From contig CBDFKD010000002.1 of NCBI GenBank assembly GCA_965248695.1, forward strand, positions 5,664,001 to 5,728,000: DNA of 64,000 nt, written 5' to 3'. A model generated the notes under the pieces. That model was not told where the DNA came from. It did no database searches and worked only from the letters and a program-made list of their open reading frames with translations. The stretch comes from Acidobacteriota bacterium. Lineage in GTDB: Bacteria; Acidobacteriota; UBA890; WLXD01. Of the stretch, positions 39,446-50,954 are shown piece after piece. Position numbers and translations under genes: made by a program. The first letter of the stretch is position 1. Each line of letters opens with the position of its first letter.

Positions 39446-42145
39446 ATGGAACCCGGCACCAAGTTAGGCCCCTACGAAATCACCGAGCAGCTCGGCGCGG
39501 GCGGCATGGGCGAGGTGTACCTGGCGCAAGACACACGCCTGGGCCGCAAGGTGGCCATCAAGGTGCTGCCTGCCGAGTTCGCCTCTGACCCCGAGCGCCT
39601 CGCCCGCTTCGAGCAGGAAGCCCGAGCTGCTGCCGCCCTGAACCACCCGCATATCGCCTCAGTCTTTGATGTCGGCACCGAGGACGGCACCCACTTCATG
39701 GTGCAGGAGTACCTGGAGGGGGACACGCTCCGGGAGCCGCTACAGAAGGGCGCTCAGCCGCTCAAGAAGGCGCTCGGGTTGGCTACCGAGATCGCCGAGG
39801 CTCTGGCTGCCGCTCACGCCGCCGGGATCATCCACCGTGACCTGAAGCCGGAGAACATCTTCGTCACCAAGGAGGGGCACGCCAAGGTGCTGGACTTCGG
39901 CCTAGCGAAGCTCACCGAGGTGGCGGTGACGGGATCACCGGATGGTGCAACACAGTCACCCACGATGATGGGGACGGTGGCCGGTCAAGTGATGGGTACT
40001 GCTGGCTACATGGCCCCGGAGCAGGTTGAGGGCTCTGACAGGATCGACCATCGGGCCGACCTTTTTGCCTTTGGCTCAGTCCTCTACGAGATGGTGACCG
40101 GGAGGCAAGCATTTGCCGGTGAGAGCGTCCACGACACCCTCCACCGCATCGGACACGAGGAACCCTGTGAGCTAGTCGAGATCGACGCGTCATTGCCCTC
40201 AGAAATGCAACGCATTGTCAGGAAAAGTCTGACAAAGGAGCCAGAAGGCCGTTATCAAGACGCCGATGATCTGGTTGTCGACCTAGCGGCTCTCGCCGTG
40301 GAGGTTGGCATGGACCGGGCCATACCGATTTCGGCTGCCCTACTGGGCGGTGCAGTGGAATCGCCGGGTAGGCCGTCCTGGGCTGTTGTGCTCCCTTCCG
40401 CAGTTGCCCTCGTGTTCCTCGGAGCCGGGGCAACGTGGCTACTGACTCGTGCGGGTCCGCCGGCTCCGACGATCCCCATGAGCTTCGAGATTAGCCTGCC
40501 CCAAGGAACCAGCTTTCCCACCGGGGTGGGTTCGAACATCGCGGTTTCGCCGAACGGCAGCGCCACTGTGTTCGTCGCCGAAGACGAGTCTGGGCGCCAG
40601 CTCTATCTCCGGCGCACCGACGAACCGACCGAGGCCACGCCGATTCGCGGCACCGGAGGTGCCCAGAACCCGTTCTTCTCGCCGGATGGAGAGTGGGTGG
40701 GCTTCCAAGACAGATCGAGTATCAAGAGAGTGTCGCTGTCGGGAGGCGAGCTGTACTCGATATGCGACTTGTGCACCTCGGGCAGTTGGGTCGAGGACGG
40801 GAGCATCTATTTCTCGTGGAGTGGCTCCCTATATCGGGTTCCCGAATCCGGCGGAGAGCGACAACTCGTGGCGGAGCCGATGCCGGAGCAAGACCTACGT
40901 TTTCTTGAAAGCCCCGTTGCACTTCCGGGAGGCAAGATTTTGCTCTTCTCGATCGGCAACCTCTCGAATGGGGGAGTGGGCGCGCTGTCGCTCGAGACGG
41001 GTGACTTCATCCGCATCTCGGCAACTGGCTCGAATCCCAAGTACGCAGAGTCGGGTCACGTCCTCTATCCGCGCAATGACACGCTGCTCGCCGTCCCTTT
41101 CGATGCAGAGGCTTTTCGAGTATCGGAGCGGGCCGTGCCGGTTCTGCCGGGCGTACGCGTGGAGAACGGCGGAGCGGTGCAGGTGGCCGTTTCGCGCAAT
41201 GGCCTTCTTGTCTACGCGCCCAGCCGGGGCCGCACGGGCACCCAGCTGGCGTTTGTAGATATAGGTGGCGACAACGTTGAGCCCGTAACGGCGGAGTGGC
41301 GTCGATTCCGCGCACCGAGACTCTCGCCGGATGGTGATCAGATTGCCGTTGCGATCATCGACGCTGGCGCGACCGACATCTGGCTCGTTGATGCCGAGAC
41401 GGGCACCATGAGTCCTCTGACCACCTCGGGCGACGCGTCGGCGCCACTATGGACACCGACGGGCGACCGAGTGACCTTTGCTTCGGGCTCGGTGGGTTCC
41501 TACGCCATCAAATCGCTACCCGCTGGCGGGGGCGGGTCGGAGCAGACGCTCTACACCAGCGCGAACCAGGTCTGGCCCGAGTCGTGGCACCCCGACGGTG
41601 TTCGACTCGTTCTTCGTGAGGTGGCAACGAGCAGCGACCTCTTGCTTCTCGACCTGCGTGACGGCAGCACGGCGTCGCTCGTGAACACCGATTCCAACGA
41701 GGACGCCGCCGCCCTTTCGCCCGATGGGGAGCTGCTGGCGTACGAGTCGCACCGAGGCGGTTTGAACGAGGTGTACATCCGGCGCCTCGACGAGCAGGGA
41801 GTGGGAGTCCCGGTATCGAACGGTGGCGGCGGCGAACCTGTTTGGGGCCGCGACAACACAGCGCTCTATTACAGAAACGAGCAGGGGGGATCGGAAGATC
41901 TTGTGGTCGCTTCCATTCAGACGGACCCGCAGCTCCGCGTTACCGGGTCCGAAGCTGGCTGGGACGGAGCTGACTTCTGGAGCTCGCCCGAGGGGCTCTC
42001 GCGCGCCCACTTTGACGTGCATCCCGATGGACAGCGCTTCCTCGTCTTGAATCAGAGAGGCACGGATGAGGGGCAGCAGAAGATGAACGTCGTCCTCAAC
42101 TGGTTCGAGGAATTGAACCGGCTAGTGCCGACAGGCGGCTCCTGA
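39446..42145 (+). CDS. Hanks-type Ser/Thr kinase with TM segment and TolB/PD40 beta-propeller
   Basis: [34 protein letters not shown]; TM; repeated SPDG; C-terminal VVLNWFEEL. Confidence 0.93.
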   Translation: MEPGTKLGPYEITEQLGAGGMGEVYLAQDTRLGRKVAIKVLPAEFASDPERLARFEQEARAAAALNHPHIASVFDVGTEDGTHFMVQEYLEGDTLREPLQKGAQPLKKALGLATEIAEALAAAHAAGIIHRDLKPENIFVTKEGHAKVLDFGLAKLTEVAVTGSPDGATQSPTMMGTVAGQVMGTAGYMAPEQVEGSDRIDHRADLFAFGSVLYEMVTGRQAFAGESVHDTLHRIGHEEPCELVEIDASLPSEMQRIVRKSLTKEPEGRYQDADDLVVDLAALAVEVGMDRAIPISAALLGGAVESPGRPSWAVVLPSAVALVFLGAGATWLLTRAGPPAPTIPMSFEISLPQGTSFPTGVGSNIAVSPNGSATVFVAEDESGRQLYLRRTDEPTEATPIRGTGGAQNPFFSPDGEWVGFQDRSSIKRVSLSGGELYSICDLCTSGSWVEDGSIYFSWSGSLYRVPESGGERQLVAEPMPEQDLRFLESPVALPGGKILLFSIGNLSNGGVGALSLETGDFIRISATGSNPKYAESGHVLYPRNDTLLAVPFDAEAFRVSERAVPVLPGVRVENGGAVQVAVSRNGLLVYAPSRGRTGTQLAFVDIGGDNVEPVTAEWRRFRAPRLSPDGDQIAVAIIDAGATDIWLVDAETGTMSPLTTSGDASAPLWTPTGDRVTFASGSVGSYAIKSLPAGGGGSEQTLYTSANQVWPESWHPDGVRLVLREVATSSDLLLLDLRDGSTASLVNTDSNEDAAALSPDGELLAYESHRGGLNEVYIRRLDEQGVGVPVSNGGGGEPVWGRDNTALYYRNEQGGSEDLVVASIQTDPQLRVTGSEAGWDGADFWSSPEGLSRAHFDVHPDGQRFLVLNQRGTDEGQQKMNVVLNWFEELNRLVPTGGS

Positions 42146-44888
42146 TGATCGGCAAGACGCTCGGCCACTACGAGATCCTCGCCCCGCTCGGTGAAGGCGG
42201 GATGGGGCAGGTGTACCGAGCACGCGACACGACGCTGGATCGTGATGTCGCCATCAAGGTGCTGCCGGAAGACTTCGCCAGCGATGCCAGCCGACTGGCT
42301 CGCTTCGAGCGGGAAGCGAAGCTGCTCGCCTCCCTGAACCACCCCAACATCGCCACCATTCACGGGTTCGATGAATCGGACGGTGTGCGCTTCATCGCCA
42401 TGGAACTGGTCGAGGGTCAGAGTCTCGCCGAGCGGATCACAGCCTCCGGTCGCATCGAAGTTGATGAAGCGCTGGAGATCGCCCGCCGGATCGCCCTTGC
42501 GCTGGAAGCTGCCCACGAGGCTGGTGTCATCCATCGCGACCTCAAACCCGCCAACGTGCAGGTGGCACCCGATGGCACCGTCAAGGTGCTCGACTTCGGT
42601 CTGGCGAAAGCCAACGAAGCGGAAGTGCGCCGGATCTCAGCCAATCGCCGACTGCGATGATGCCCACGGCAGCCGGCGTGATCATGGGCACGCCTTGCTA
42701 TATGAGTCCGGAGCAGGCGCGGGGTTTGTCGGTCGACAAACGCGCCGACGTGTGGGCGTTCGGGTGCCTCGTCTACGAGATGTTGGCCGGTCATCGAGCG
42801 TTCCAGCGCGAGACGGTGGCTGACACCCTGAGCGCCATCCTGGAGCATCCGGTCGACTGGCATCAACTTCCGGCCAATACCACCAAGATCGTGCTGCATC
42901 TGTTGCGGCGATGCCTCACCAAGGACACGGACCGACGCATGCGAGACATTCGAGAAGCTCGCATCGAGATCGAGGAGGTGTTGACGAGGCTGGATGGGCG
43001 GCGGGGCGCATCGCAGCAGATCGACCCCGGTGAGCTCGTCGCCGATTCGGGGGTGCCGGCGGAGTACCGGACCCGACGTGAGCTGGTCTACCGACTCGGA
43101 GTCATAGCGGTGGCGATCTCGGCGGCGCTGGCAGTCGTCTACCTGCGCTATTGGAGTGAGTCGTCGGGGTCGGTTCCCGCGGTCGTCAACACGCTGCAAC
43201 TCACCGCCGACCCAGCGGCAGAGGACTATCCGAGTTTTTCGCCAGACGGCACGGTCGTCGTCTACGCCGGCAATCGCGAAGGTCGCTGGGACATCTACTC
43301 GCAGCGGATCGACGGCGGGGAGCCGTTCAATCTCACTGCACGGCGTGAGGCCCCGTCGGGACACCCGGCGCTCTCACCCGACGGTCAACAGATCGCATTC
43401 CGCTCCGGCGGGCAGCCCAGTGCCGTAGGCATCTATGTCATGGGCGCTACGGGCGAGAACCCGCGCCGTCTGACTGATTTCGGCGTTGAGCCGGCCTGGT
43501 CTCCGGACGGCACGCAGTTGGTGTTCTCGGGCGAACCGTGGGGATGGCCCATGTCCAGTGATCCACGCGAGCTCGGCAGTAGCCACCCACTCTGGGTAAT
43601 CGACGTCGCCACCGAACAAGTGCGACAGCTCGGCGACAACCCAGCTGGGACCCCGCGTTGGTCGCCCAACGGTCATCGGATCGCCTACTGGGGGACCGTC
43701 CAGTCTCAACGCGATATCCACACGATTGGAGCCGAGGGCGGAGATCCCGTGCCGGTGACCAACGACCCGGCTGTGGAATGCTGTCCGGTCTGGTCCCCGG
43801 ACGGTCGTTTCCTCTATTACTCCAGCAATCGCGGCGGCAGTTCTGCCGTATGGCGAGTCCCTATTGACGAGGAATCCGGCGCGGTGACGGGAGAGCCTGT
43901 GGCGATCACCGCGGGCGAGTTTCCGCTGAAGGTACGGCTGACAGTTTCCCAAGATGGTCAGCGTATTGCCTATGCGTCGCGAGATACGCGAAGCAACTTG
44001 GGCTACGTGCCGTTCGATCCCGAGACAGGACAAGTCGGAGCTTTCGAACCGATCACACACGGCGCCCGGCTGAGTGGCTGGCACGACTTAGATGTATCTC
44101 CTGACGGAGAATGGCTCGTGTATATCGAGGGCTGGCCGCGGGAAGACCTCTACCTGGTCCGAACTGACGGCACCGGGCAGTTCCGGCTCACCGATGACTG
44201 GGCCAAGGATCGTCGCCCGGCGTTTGCCCCTGATGGTACGCAAGTCGCGTGGGACTCCAACACGGACGACACCCGTCAGATTTGGGCGATCAACGTGGAC
44301 GGCGGCGGGCGGCGGCAGCTCACGTTTGGCGGAGACGGGTCCCGCGTCTATCCCAGCTTTTCTGCGGACGGTCGACAACTGGCGTATTGGGACACCGGGC
44401 GGATCGCGATCATCGACCCGAGTATGGGATGGGATGATCAAGAGGCACAATTCCTGCCGCTGGGGCCGAACGGCGAGCTTGTGACCGAACCCACCTGGCT
44501 ACCCGACGGTCGGCTGGCGGTCCGCTGGAACTATTCGGCGGTTGGGGAGGCAGCTCTCGCGGTGTTCGACTTCGACACCGAACGCTACGAGGTGTTCTCG
44601 GAAGCTCCTGGCGCCCAGTTCCTGGCGCCGTTCCTCAATCATCCGTTCATTCTGAGCCGCGCGACGACTCCCAGCGACACGGAAGATGGTTACTCATCCA
44701 GCATCCGACTCCTGAATCTGGAGACGGGACTAGGGCAGGATCTCTTGCCTGCTGACGGCGCCGACATTTCCAACGAGCCCGGAACGTACGGTATCTACCC
44801 GCACCCATCTCCCGACGGCAAACGAATCTACATCGAGAATTGGGAACACGACAGCAATATCTGGGTCATCGAGCTTGCCAATCGATGA
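42145..44888 (+). pseudogene. Ser/Thr kinase-TolB protein frameshifted in the activation segment
   Basis: Frame 1 runs to HRDLKPAN..DFGLAK; PDLSQSPTAMMPTAAGVIMGTPCYMSPEQ continues in another frame from about 42629. Confidence 0.82.
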
Positions 44889-44954
44889 ACCCACGCTGCG
44901 TTCGTCCTCACGCCTCGCCGAGGCACCTCCGCCTTTCGACCGGTTGGTCCTGGT

Positions 44955-45002
44955 CTCAACTGGTTCGACGAGCTGAAGCGGCTCGTGCCGACTGACCCGT
45001 AG
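44955..45002 (+). pseudogene. C-terminal remnant of a kinase-TolB gene
   Basis: LNWFDELKRLVPTDP* compared with [16 protein letters not shown] of 39446-42145. Confidence 0.7.
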
Positions 45003-45285
45003 CTTCGTCAGCCGAGTCTCGCGAGCCACCTAGCGACCTTTCATCCCGCTCGTGCGCAATGCCGGCACAGACGCCAGTCATATGTCTGCTTAGCGGCTCC
45101 AGGAGCGCCGCTAACGAAAGGCTGACCTCAGAAGAAGACAGGAAGCGGTTTCTGCACGTGAGGAACGGCTGGCAGCCCATGAAAGGCGCGTCGAGGCGAC
45201 GATCATCGACGGTCGTTCGCTATCAGGTGGGCGAGTAGCCACAAGCCGCATCGGTCCCGGTCCGGCCGTCGTCCAGGTGCCACTG

Positions 45286-46272
45286 TCAGGGCATCTGCTC
45301 CGCAGCGGCACGCGCTATGTCTTCATGGGTGGCAAACCAGACGCCGGAGAACGACCTCATGTAGCGCACCAGATCCTCGAGCACGCCGATACGCGAGCGC
45401 CTGCCGATGATGTGCGGGTGGTTGGTGAGCAGAAAGAGCGTCCCTTCCTGGTAGGCGCGATCGAACTCCAGTTTCCAGATTTCCAGCACCTCGTCCGGGG
45501 TGATGAACGTGCGTAGCGATCCTGCGCCGCTCTGCGAAAAGTACGGCCAGTCGTCGAGGATCCAGGTCACCGGGAGCTCGACGAACGGCACCGGATCGCC
45601 CTGGTGGAGCACCTGGTGCGGTCGGTCGTCCATCATCAGGCTGCTGTCGTAGAACATGCCGTACTCGGCGATCAGCTTCGGTGTGTACGAGCTGTAGTCC
45701 CACGACGGTGTACGAACGCCGACGATCTTCTTGGAGATCAGCTCCTCGAGCGTTCGTATCGCCCGCCCCATCAATTCCCGCTCCTCAGCCTCGGACAGCT
45801 CGGAGCTGGCTTCGTGGATCCAGCCGTGCAGTCCGATCTCGTGTCCAGCGTCGGCAATGCGGCGAACCGTCTCGGCGTTGAGGCGGGCGCTCACAGCCGG
45901 CACGAAGAAACTAGCGGGGATCTCGTAGCTGTCCAGCAGATCGAGAATCCGCGGTAAGCCAGCCCGACTGCCGTACGCACCCTCGGCCATCAGTGCCGGC
46001 GACGTTTGCCCGCCGCTCAGAAACATCGTCTCGTTGTCGATGTCGAAGCTCAGCGCCACGGCAACCCGGTTACCACCCGGCCAGGACTCCGGAGTGAGGT
46101 CTCTGCCCGCCGTCACTTGGTTGACGACCTGCTCGATCCTCTCCCACGACCACTGCCATGAGGGGGGCTCGGAATCCTGTTCCTGGGAGCTCTGCCCATG
46201 AGAGTTCGCCGTAAGAACCCCGATGCCCAACAAGGCTAGGACAACGATCAGGAAACGGTTTTTGAGACGCAT
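45286..46272 (-). CDS. Polysaccharide deacetylase (CE4, PgdA/PuuE-like), secreted
   Basis: Signal peptide; LSFDID; GHEIGLHGWIHE; GVRTPSW; YDSS; ELPVTWILDDW; HPHIIGR. Confidence 0.88.
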   Translation of the reverse strand: MRLKNRFLIVVLALLGIGVLTANSHGQSSQEQDSEPPSWQWSWERIEQVVNQVTAGRDLTPESWPGGNRVAVALSFDIDNETMFLSGGQTSPALMAEGAYGSRAGLPRILDLLDSYEIPASFFVPAVSARLNAETVRRIADAGHEIGLHGWIHEASSELSEAEERELMGRAIRTLEELISKKIVGVRTPSWDYSSYTPKLIAEYGMFYDSSLMMDDRPHQVLHQGDPVPFVELPVTWILDDWPYFSQSGAGSLRTFITPDEVLEIWKLEFDRAYQEGTLFLLTNHPHIIGRRSRIGVLEDLVRYMRSFSGVWFATHEDIARAAAEQMP

Positions 46273-46380
46273 CGGCGTTACCTCCCGTTTGTTGCGTGAT
46301 CGGCGTCATCCCGCCGGCTGTTCGACACGCGAAGCCGATTCAACGGCGGCGAACGAATTAGATCACATGCCTTCGAACTC

Positions 46381-46474
46381 ACTCCTGACGGACGCGAGTT
46401 CGTCATGGTCGAACGGAGAGCCGCCTCGGTAGAAGAGCTGAATGTAGTGCTCAACTGGTTCGACGGACCCGTAG
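46381..46474 (+). pseudogene. C-terminal remnant of a kinase-TolB gene
   Basis: TPDGREFVMVERRAASVEELNVVLNWFD compared with [19 protein letters not shown]; ends GACCCGTAG like the 44955 remnant. Confidence 0.65.
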
Positions 46475-46604
46475 CGCCTCAGCCGCGCCTGAAGGCCGAA
46501 TCGGCTGATACCGATTTGATACCGATTTGGGTGGTTTCAGGGGGTGTTTTCGAGGTTGGAGCCCACGAAAACAGGCCGGTTTTGCTGGGGCGTGTTATCC
46601 CACA

Positions 46605-47378
46605 TCACACTACGATCCGACGGCGTAGGTTCAGCACGCTCAGCACCACCCCGAAGACGGCTGCGATCACCAACCAGAGGATCTCGAGCGCCCATCCAGC
46701 CGGCACCTGGCCGGCGCTCAGGGGGCGGATCAGGTGGACCGCGTGGGTGAGCGGATTGAGCTGCGCCGCGGCACGCAGCAACGGCGCCATGCCGTCAAGC
46801 GGAAAGAACACGCCGGACAGGAAGAACGACGGCATGATGAACAGCGCGTAGTAGTGATTGAGCGCGTCGAGCGCCCGCACACGCGATGCGACGCTCAGCG
46901 AGACGCCGCCGAAGAACAGCCCCTGAAGCAGCACAATGCCCACCGTCGCGACCATCCACAGACCCGGTCGCAACAGGCCGAACGCCAAGCCCACGAGCAT
47001 GGTCGCAACCGCCGCGATAATCCCCTTGGTCGACGCCCAGAGAACCTCGCCCGCCGCCAGGTCGGCGACCGACAGCGGCGTCGCCAGGATCGCGTCGAAC
47101 GTCCCCTGCACCTTCATGCGAAGGAACGAGCCGTAGCTGGTCTCGAAACAGGCCGACGACATCGCCGCCCCGGCGACCACACCGACCACGACGAAGGTGA
47201 TGTATGGCACGCCACCGATCGGCGGCATGTAGGAGCCCAGACCGAAACCGACGACGGCCACGTAAAACAAGGGATCAGCCAGGTGGCCGAGGAGATTCCC
47301 CACCCACACCCGCCGGTAGGTGGTTGCGTTTCGCTGCCACACGCGCCAGGCGCGCCAGGTTGGACGGGCGTCGTTCAT
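46605..47378 (-). CDS. ABC-2 permease (NodJ-like)
   Basis: RVWQRN, DPLFY..GFGLG, FETSYGSF.RM, TFDAILATPL, FLSGVFFPL, NPLTHAV. Confidence 0.9.
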   Translation of the reverse strand: MNDARPTWRAWRVWQRNATTYRRVWVGNLLGHLADPLFYVAVVGFGLGSYMPPIGGVPYITFVVVGVVAGAAMSSACFETSYGSFLRMKVQGTFDAILATPLSVADLAAGEVLWASTKGIIAAVATMLVGLAFGLLRPGLWMVATVGIVLLQGLFFGGVSLSVASRVRALDALNHYYALFIMPSFFLSGVFFPLDGMAPLLRAAAQLNPLTHAVHLIRPLSAGQVPAGWALEILWLVIAAVFGVVLSVLNLRRRIVV

Positions 47379-48295
47379 TCCAGCATCTCGCGTCCCGTAA
47401 GTCGCAAGAACAGATCTTCCAACGTCGCGCTGCGCTGCAGCAGCCGGTCGTTGGGAATGGCATGCAGCGCCGCCCAATCGATCTCGCCTCGGGGGTACAT
47501 GTAGACCGTGTCACCGACCTGTTCTCGATGACCCTCGCCCACCGCTTCGAGGCGCGCATCGAGCTGGCCGCGCTCGGCCGGCAAGGCGCGAATCTCGATG
47601 CACTGCTCACCGATATGCTCGCGCACCAGCTGTCCTGGCTCGCCCACAGCCAGAAGGTTGCCGGCGTCCATTACCGCGATGCGATCGCACAGCTGCGCCG
47701 CCTCTTCCATGTAGTGCGTCGTAAGAAGCATCGTCACCCCGGCGGCTTTCAGGCTCCGCAGCCGGCTCCATACCCAATGGCGTGCTTGCGGATCGAGTCC
47801 CGTGGTCGGCTCATCGAGCACCAACAGCTCGGGCGAGTTGACCATTGCCCGAGCCAGCACGAGCCGCCGCCGCATGCCTCCAGAGAGCGTCGGGATCAGC
47901 GTCTTGGCGCGATCACGGAGCTGCACGAACTCGAGCAGCTCATCGATCCGACGCGACGCCTCACGCCGAGGTATGTCGAAATAGCGCGCGTACACCATGA
48001 GGTTGTCCCGCACGGTCACGTCGGGGTCCAGACTGTCGTCCTGAGGTACGACCCCGAGCCGGGCCTTGATCGCTCGCGCGTTGACACGCACGTCATGCCC
48101 GAGGACGGTCAATTCCCCCGATGACGGCGGCGACACACACTGCACCATCCGCACGGTGGTGGTCTTGCCGGCGCCGTTGACTCCGAGGAAACCGAAGCAC
48201 TCGGCACGACGAACCACAAAGTCGATGCCGGCCACGGCTTCGACGTCGGCGAAACGCTTCACCAGTTGTTGCGCGGCGATGGCGTCGGCGCTCAT
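47375..48295 (-). CDS. ABC ATP-binding protein (NodI-like)
   Basis: GVNGAGKTT, LSGGMRRR, LDEPTTGLDPQAR, TTHYMEEA. Confidence 0.92.
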   Translation of the reverse strand: MSADAIAAQQLVKRFADVEAVAGIDFVVRRAECFGFLGVNGAGKTTTVRMVQCVSPPSSGELTVLGHDVRVNARAIKARLGVVPQDDSLDPDVTVRDNLMVYARYFDIPRREASRRIDELLEFVQLRDRAKTLIPTLSGGMRRRLVLARAMVNSPELLVLDEPTTGLDPQARHWVWSRLRSLKAAGVTMLLTTHYMEEAAQLCDRIAVMDAGNLLAVGEPGQLVREHIGEQCIEIRALPAERGQLDARLEAVGEGHREQVGDTVYMYPRGEIDWAALHAIPNDRLLQRSATLEDLFLRLTGREMLE

Positions 48296-48374
48296 GTCTT
48301 CCCACCCGAAGCGCTTGATCTGATCGACTGCCGACGCGTGCGACAATACCGTGCCGATCGCGAGAGGAATTCGC

Positions 48375-49169
48375 ATGAAACCATACCTCGACCTGATGCG
48401 TACCGTCCTGGAATCGGGGGTGCCCACCGGCGACCGTACCGGCACCGGCACGCGCAGCATCTTCGGTCACCAGATGCGCTTCGACCTGCGCGCGGGCTTC
48501 CCGCTGATCACGACGAAGAAGGTGCATTTGAAGTCGATCGTCCACGAGCTGCTCTGGTTCCTGCAGGGCGAGTCCAACACCCGGTATCTGAGGGAGCACG
48601 GCGTCTCCATCTGGGATGAGTGGGCCGACGCGGAGGGCGAGTTGGGGCCTGTTTACGGCGTGCAATGGCGCTCCTGGCCGACGGCCAGCGGCACGAGCGT
48701 CGACCAGGTTGCCTGGGTGGTGAACGAGATTCGAACCAACCCCACCTCGCGCCGGCTGGTGGTGTCGGCATGGAACGCAGGCGAGATTGACCGCATGGCC
48801 CTGCCACCGTGCCACCTGCTGTGTCAGTTCTACGCGCGCGAGGGGACGCTGTCTTGCCAGCTGTATCAGCGCAGTGCCGACATCTTTCTGGGGCTGCCGT
48901 TCAACATCGCTTCGTACGCTTTGCTGACGCAGATGGTGGCGCAAGTCACCGGTCTCGGTGTCGGCGATCTGGTCATCACGCTGGGGGACGCGCACCTGTA
49001 TGCGAACCACCTGGAACAGGCGCGCGAGCAAATGGGCCGCGCTCCGCGACCCTTGCCGACCTTGCGACTGGCGACCCACGTCGACGACATCGACGACTTC
49101 CGGTTCGAGGACTTCGAGCTCGCCGGCTACGATCCGCATCCGCATATCAAGGCACCGGTAGCGGTGTGA
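48375..49169 (+). CDS. thyA: Thymidylate synthase
   Basis: [49 protein letters not shown]; GAGAGGA SD-like sequence upstream. Confidence 0.97.
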   Translation: MKPYLDLMRTVLESGVPTGDRTGTGTRSIFGHQMRFDLRAGFPLITTKKVHLKSIVHELLWFLQGESNTRYLREHGVSIWDEWADAEGELGPVYGVQWRSWPTASGTSVDQVAWVVNEIRTNPTSRRLVVSAWNAGEIDRMALPPCHLLCQFYAREGTLSCQLYQRSADIFLGLPFNIASYALLTQMVAQVTGLGVGDLVITLGDAHLYANHLEQAREQMGRAPRPLPTLRLATHVDDIDDFRFEDFELAGYDPHPHIKAPVAV

Positions 49170-49693
49170 TCACGGAGGAAGATGCGGCGAGGCCCCTCGG
49201 CCGCTGCCGACTCAGCCTGATCGTCGCCGTGGCCGAGAACGGCACTATCGGGCGCGACGGCGCTCTCCCCTGGCACCTGCCAGACGATCTTAGGCGATTC
49301 AAGGCGGTCACCCTCGGACACCCGATCATCATGGGTCGGCGGACATACGATTCGATCGGCCGGCCGCTGCCGGGCCGGCGAAGCATCGTGCTCAGCCGCG
49401 ACCCCGACTATCGGGTCGACGGCGTTGAGGTCGCCGGATCGCTCGACGCGGCGTTGCGGGCCGCGGCGGATCAGGATGAGGTCTTCGTCATCGGCGGCGC
49501 CGCGCTCTTCGACGCAGCACTACCGATCGCCGATCGGATCTATCTGACTCGGGTGCACGCCACCGTCGAAGGAGACGTTGGGTTTCCACAGCTCGATGCA
49601 AAGCGCTGGCGGCTGATCTCCGATGAGCCTCACGCTGCGGATGCGGAGCACCGTTTCGCCTTCAGCTTCCGCATTTACGAGTTAGTGGCGTAA
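49166..49693 (+). CDS. folA: Dihydrofolate reductase (last codons supplied by the integrated element)
   Basis: [42 protein letters not shown]; GTGA overlap with thyA. Confidence 0.95.
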   Translation: MITEEDAARPLGRCRLSLIVAVAENGTIGRDGALPWHLPDDLRRFKAVTLGHPIIMGRRTYDSIGRPLPGRRSIVLSRDPDYRVDGVEVAGSLDAALRAAADQDEVFVIGGAALFDAALPIADRIYLTRVHATVEGDVGFPQLDAKRWRLISDEPHAADAEHRFAFSFRIYELVA

Positions 49694-49706
49694 GTGATTG
49701 ACTCAA

Positions 49707-50954
49707 TTAGACTTGCTCATTCATCGTCTTGGACTGGGTGCGCGGGGGGTGCGCGTTCCGCCTCAGAGGGTGCATTACCAGGGTCGTCGCCTGACCCTCG
49801 ATCACGTGCGAATACGTCTCCAGTATCTCGGTGGTGGAGTGCCCCATTCGCCTTGCTACTTCTTGCGGGTGCGCCGTCTTGAGCGCGTGGGTTGCCCACG
49901 CGTGACGGAATCCGTGGAGCCCAAAGTCGGGCACGCCTGCCTTGCGCACGAGCCGCTTCCAGACCGTATTGCGATAGCTGCTAGCTCCGACCGGGCCGCC
50001 GTGGCGATGCCTAAACACCCACTTTGACGGCGCCCTCCCACAACTAACCGCGTCACGGTCCTGCTTGGTGCGATGGTGGCGCAGCCGGACCGCGAGATCC
50101 GGGGAGATCGGTAGCTTTTGGTAGTTACGGTTCTTGGTATGGCCGCGCACCTCGGAGCGCACGAACTGCCGCTCGATCAGAACGTGGTTGTCCTCGAAGT
50201 CCAGGTCGGCCCACTGTAGCCCGCACGTCTGGGAGATCCTGCACCCGGTCTCCATCAGGAACTCGAGCAGGCACCTGTCGCGGGTTCCCAGGTAATCGGC
50301 GGCCCTATCAATCCGCTCCAGTTGCCCGCGTGTCCACGCCTTGGGCGGCTTCTTGATCTTGCGGACCTTGGGGAGTTGCTTGCGGGTGACCGGACTCGAC
50401 TCAATCAGTTCATCCTCGGCCGCGGACGCCATGAGCGCCGACAGCACGCGGAAGACATTGCGGACCGTCTTTTGGCCCAGCGGCCTGCCGTAACCCTCGC
50501 CACGCTTGCCCTTGTCTCCACGCTTGCCGTACTTCGCCACGCCGGCGATCCACAACTTGACCGCTCGCTTGGAAATCTCGGTAATGGGCCTGTGTCCTAG
50601 CGCCGGCAAGATGTGACAGTCGAGCGTCGATCTGTAGATGGCTATTGTCGTCGGCGCCCAACCGTCGTCAGTGGAGTTGACCGCCTCCCACTCTTTGGCG
50701 TACTCGCCAACGGTCACGACCTTGGCAGGCAGGACGCTGTCGGCCGCCTGGCGCAGCGCCTCCCTGACGCTCCCGCCGTAGCCTGCAGCATCGGCCCTCG
50801 CCATCAACCGCGAAAACTCAACCGCCGCTGCCTCCGCCTCGGCCTTGCTGATGAAGCTGTACGAGGCTCGGTGCCCTTTGCGGTTGATGAACACCCACCA
50901 CTTGTCTGAGCCTTTCTTACGCCTGACCCGCACCCCCACGTTGGCCCCCTTCAC
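49707..50954 (-). CDS. Tyrosine integrase
   Basis: N-terminal arm-binding region (WWVFINRKG); SAM-like HILPALG; catalytic TGCR, TKN, HGFRH, MGHS, TYSH all present. Confidence 0.93.
   Translation of the reverse strand: MKGANVGVRVRRKKGSDKWWVFINRKGHRASYSFISKAEAEAAAVEFSRLMARADAAGYGGSVREALRQAADSVLPAKVVTVGEYAKEWEAVNSTDDGWAPTTIAIYRSTLDCHILPALGHRPITEISKRAVKLWIAGVAKYGKRGDKGKRGEGYGRPLGQKTVRNVFRVLSALMASAAEDELIESSPVTRKQLPKVRKIKKPPKAWTRGQLERIDRAADYLGTRDRCLLEFLMETGCRISQTCGLQWADLDFEDNHVLIERQFVRSEVRGHTKNRNYQKLPISPDLAVRLRHHRTKQDRDAVSCGRAPSKWVFRHRHGGPVGASSYRNTVWKRLVRKAGVPDFGLHGFRHAWATHALKTAHPQEVARRMGHSTTEILETYSHVIEGQATTLVMHPLRRNAHPPRTQSKTMNEQV

Larger units (their letters stand above)
33392..46606. mobile_element. 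Degenerate integrative genomic island, about 13.2 kb
   Basis: 12-bp direct repeat TTATCCCACATC at 33392-33403 and 46595-46606; TGATACCGATT at 33442 and in tandem at 46506/46517; integrase remnant ending at the left repeat. Confidence 0.8.

Noticed and set aside
45088-45116. attC-like TTAGCGGC..GCCGCTAAC inverted repeat (integron cassette site)
   Set aside because: Too short, the boxes are in the wrong order for attC, there is no second copy and no IntI.
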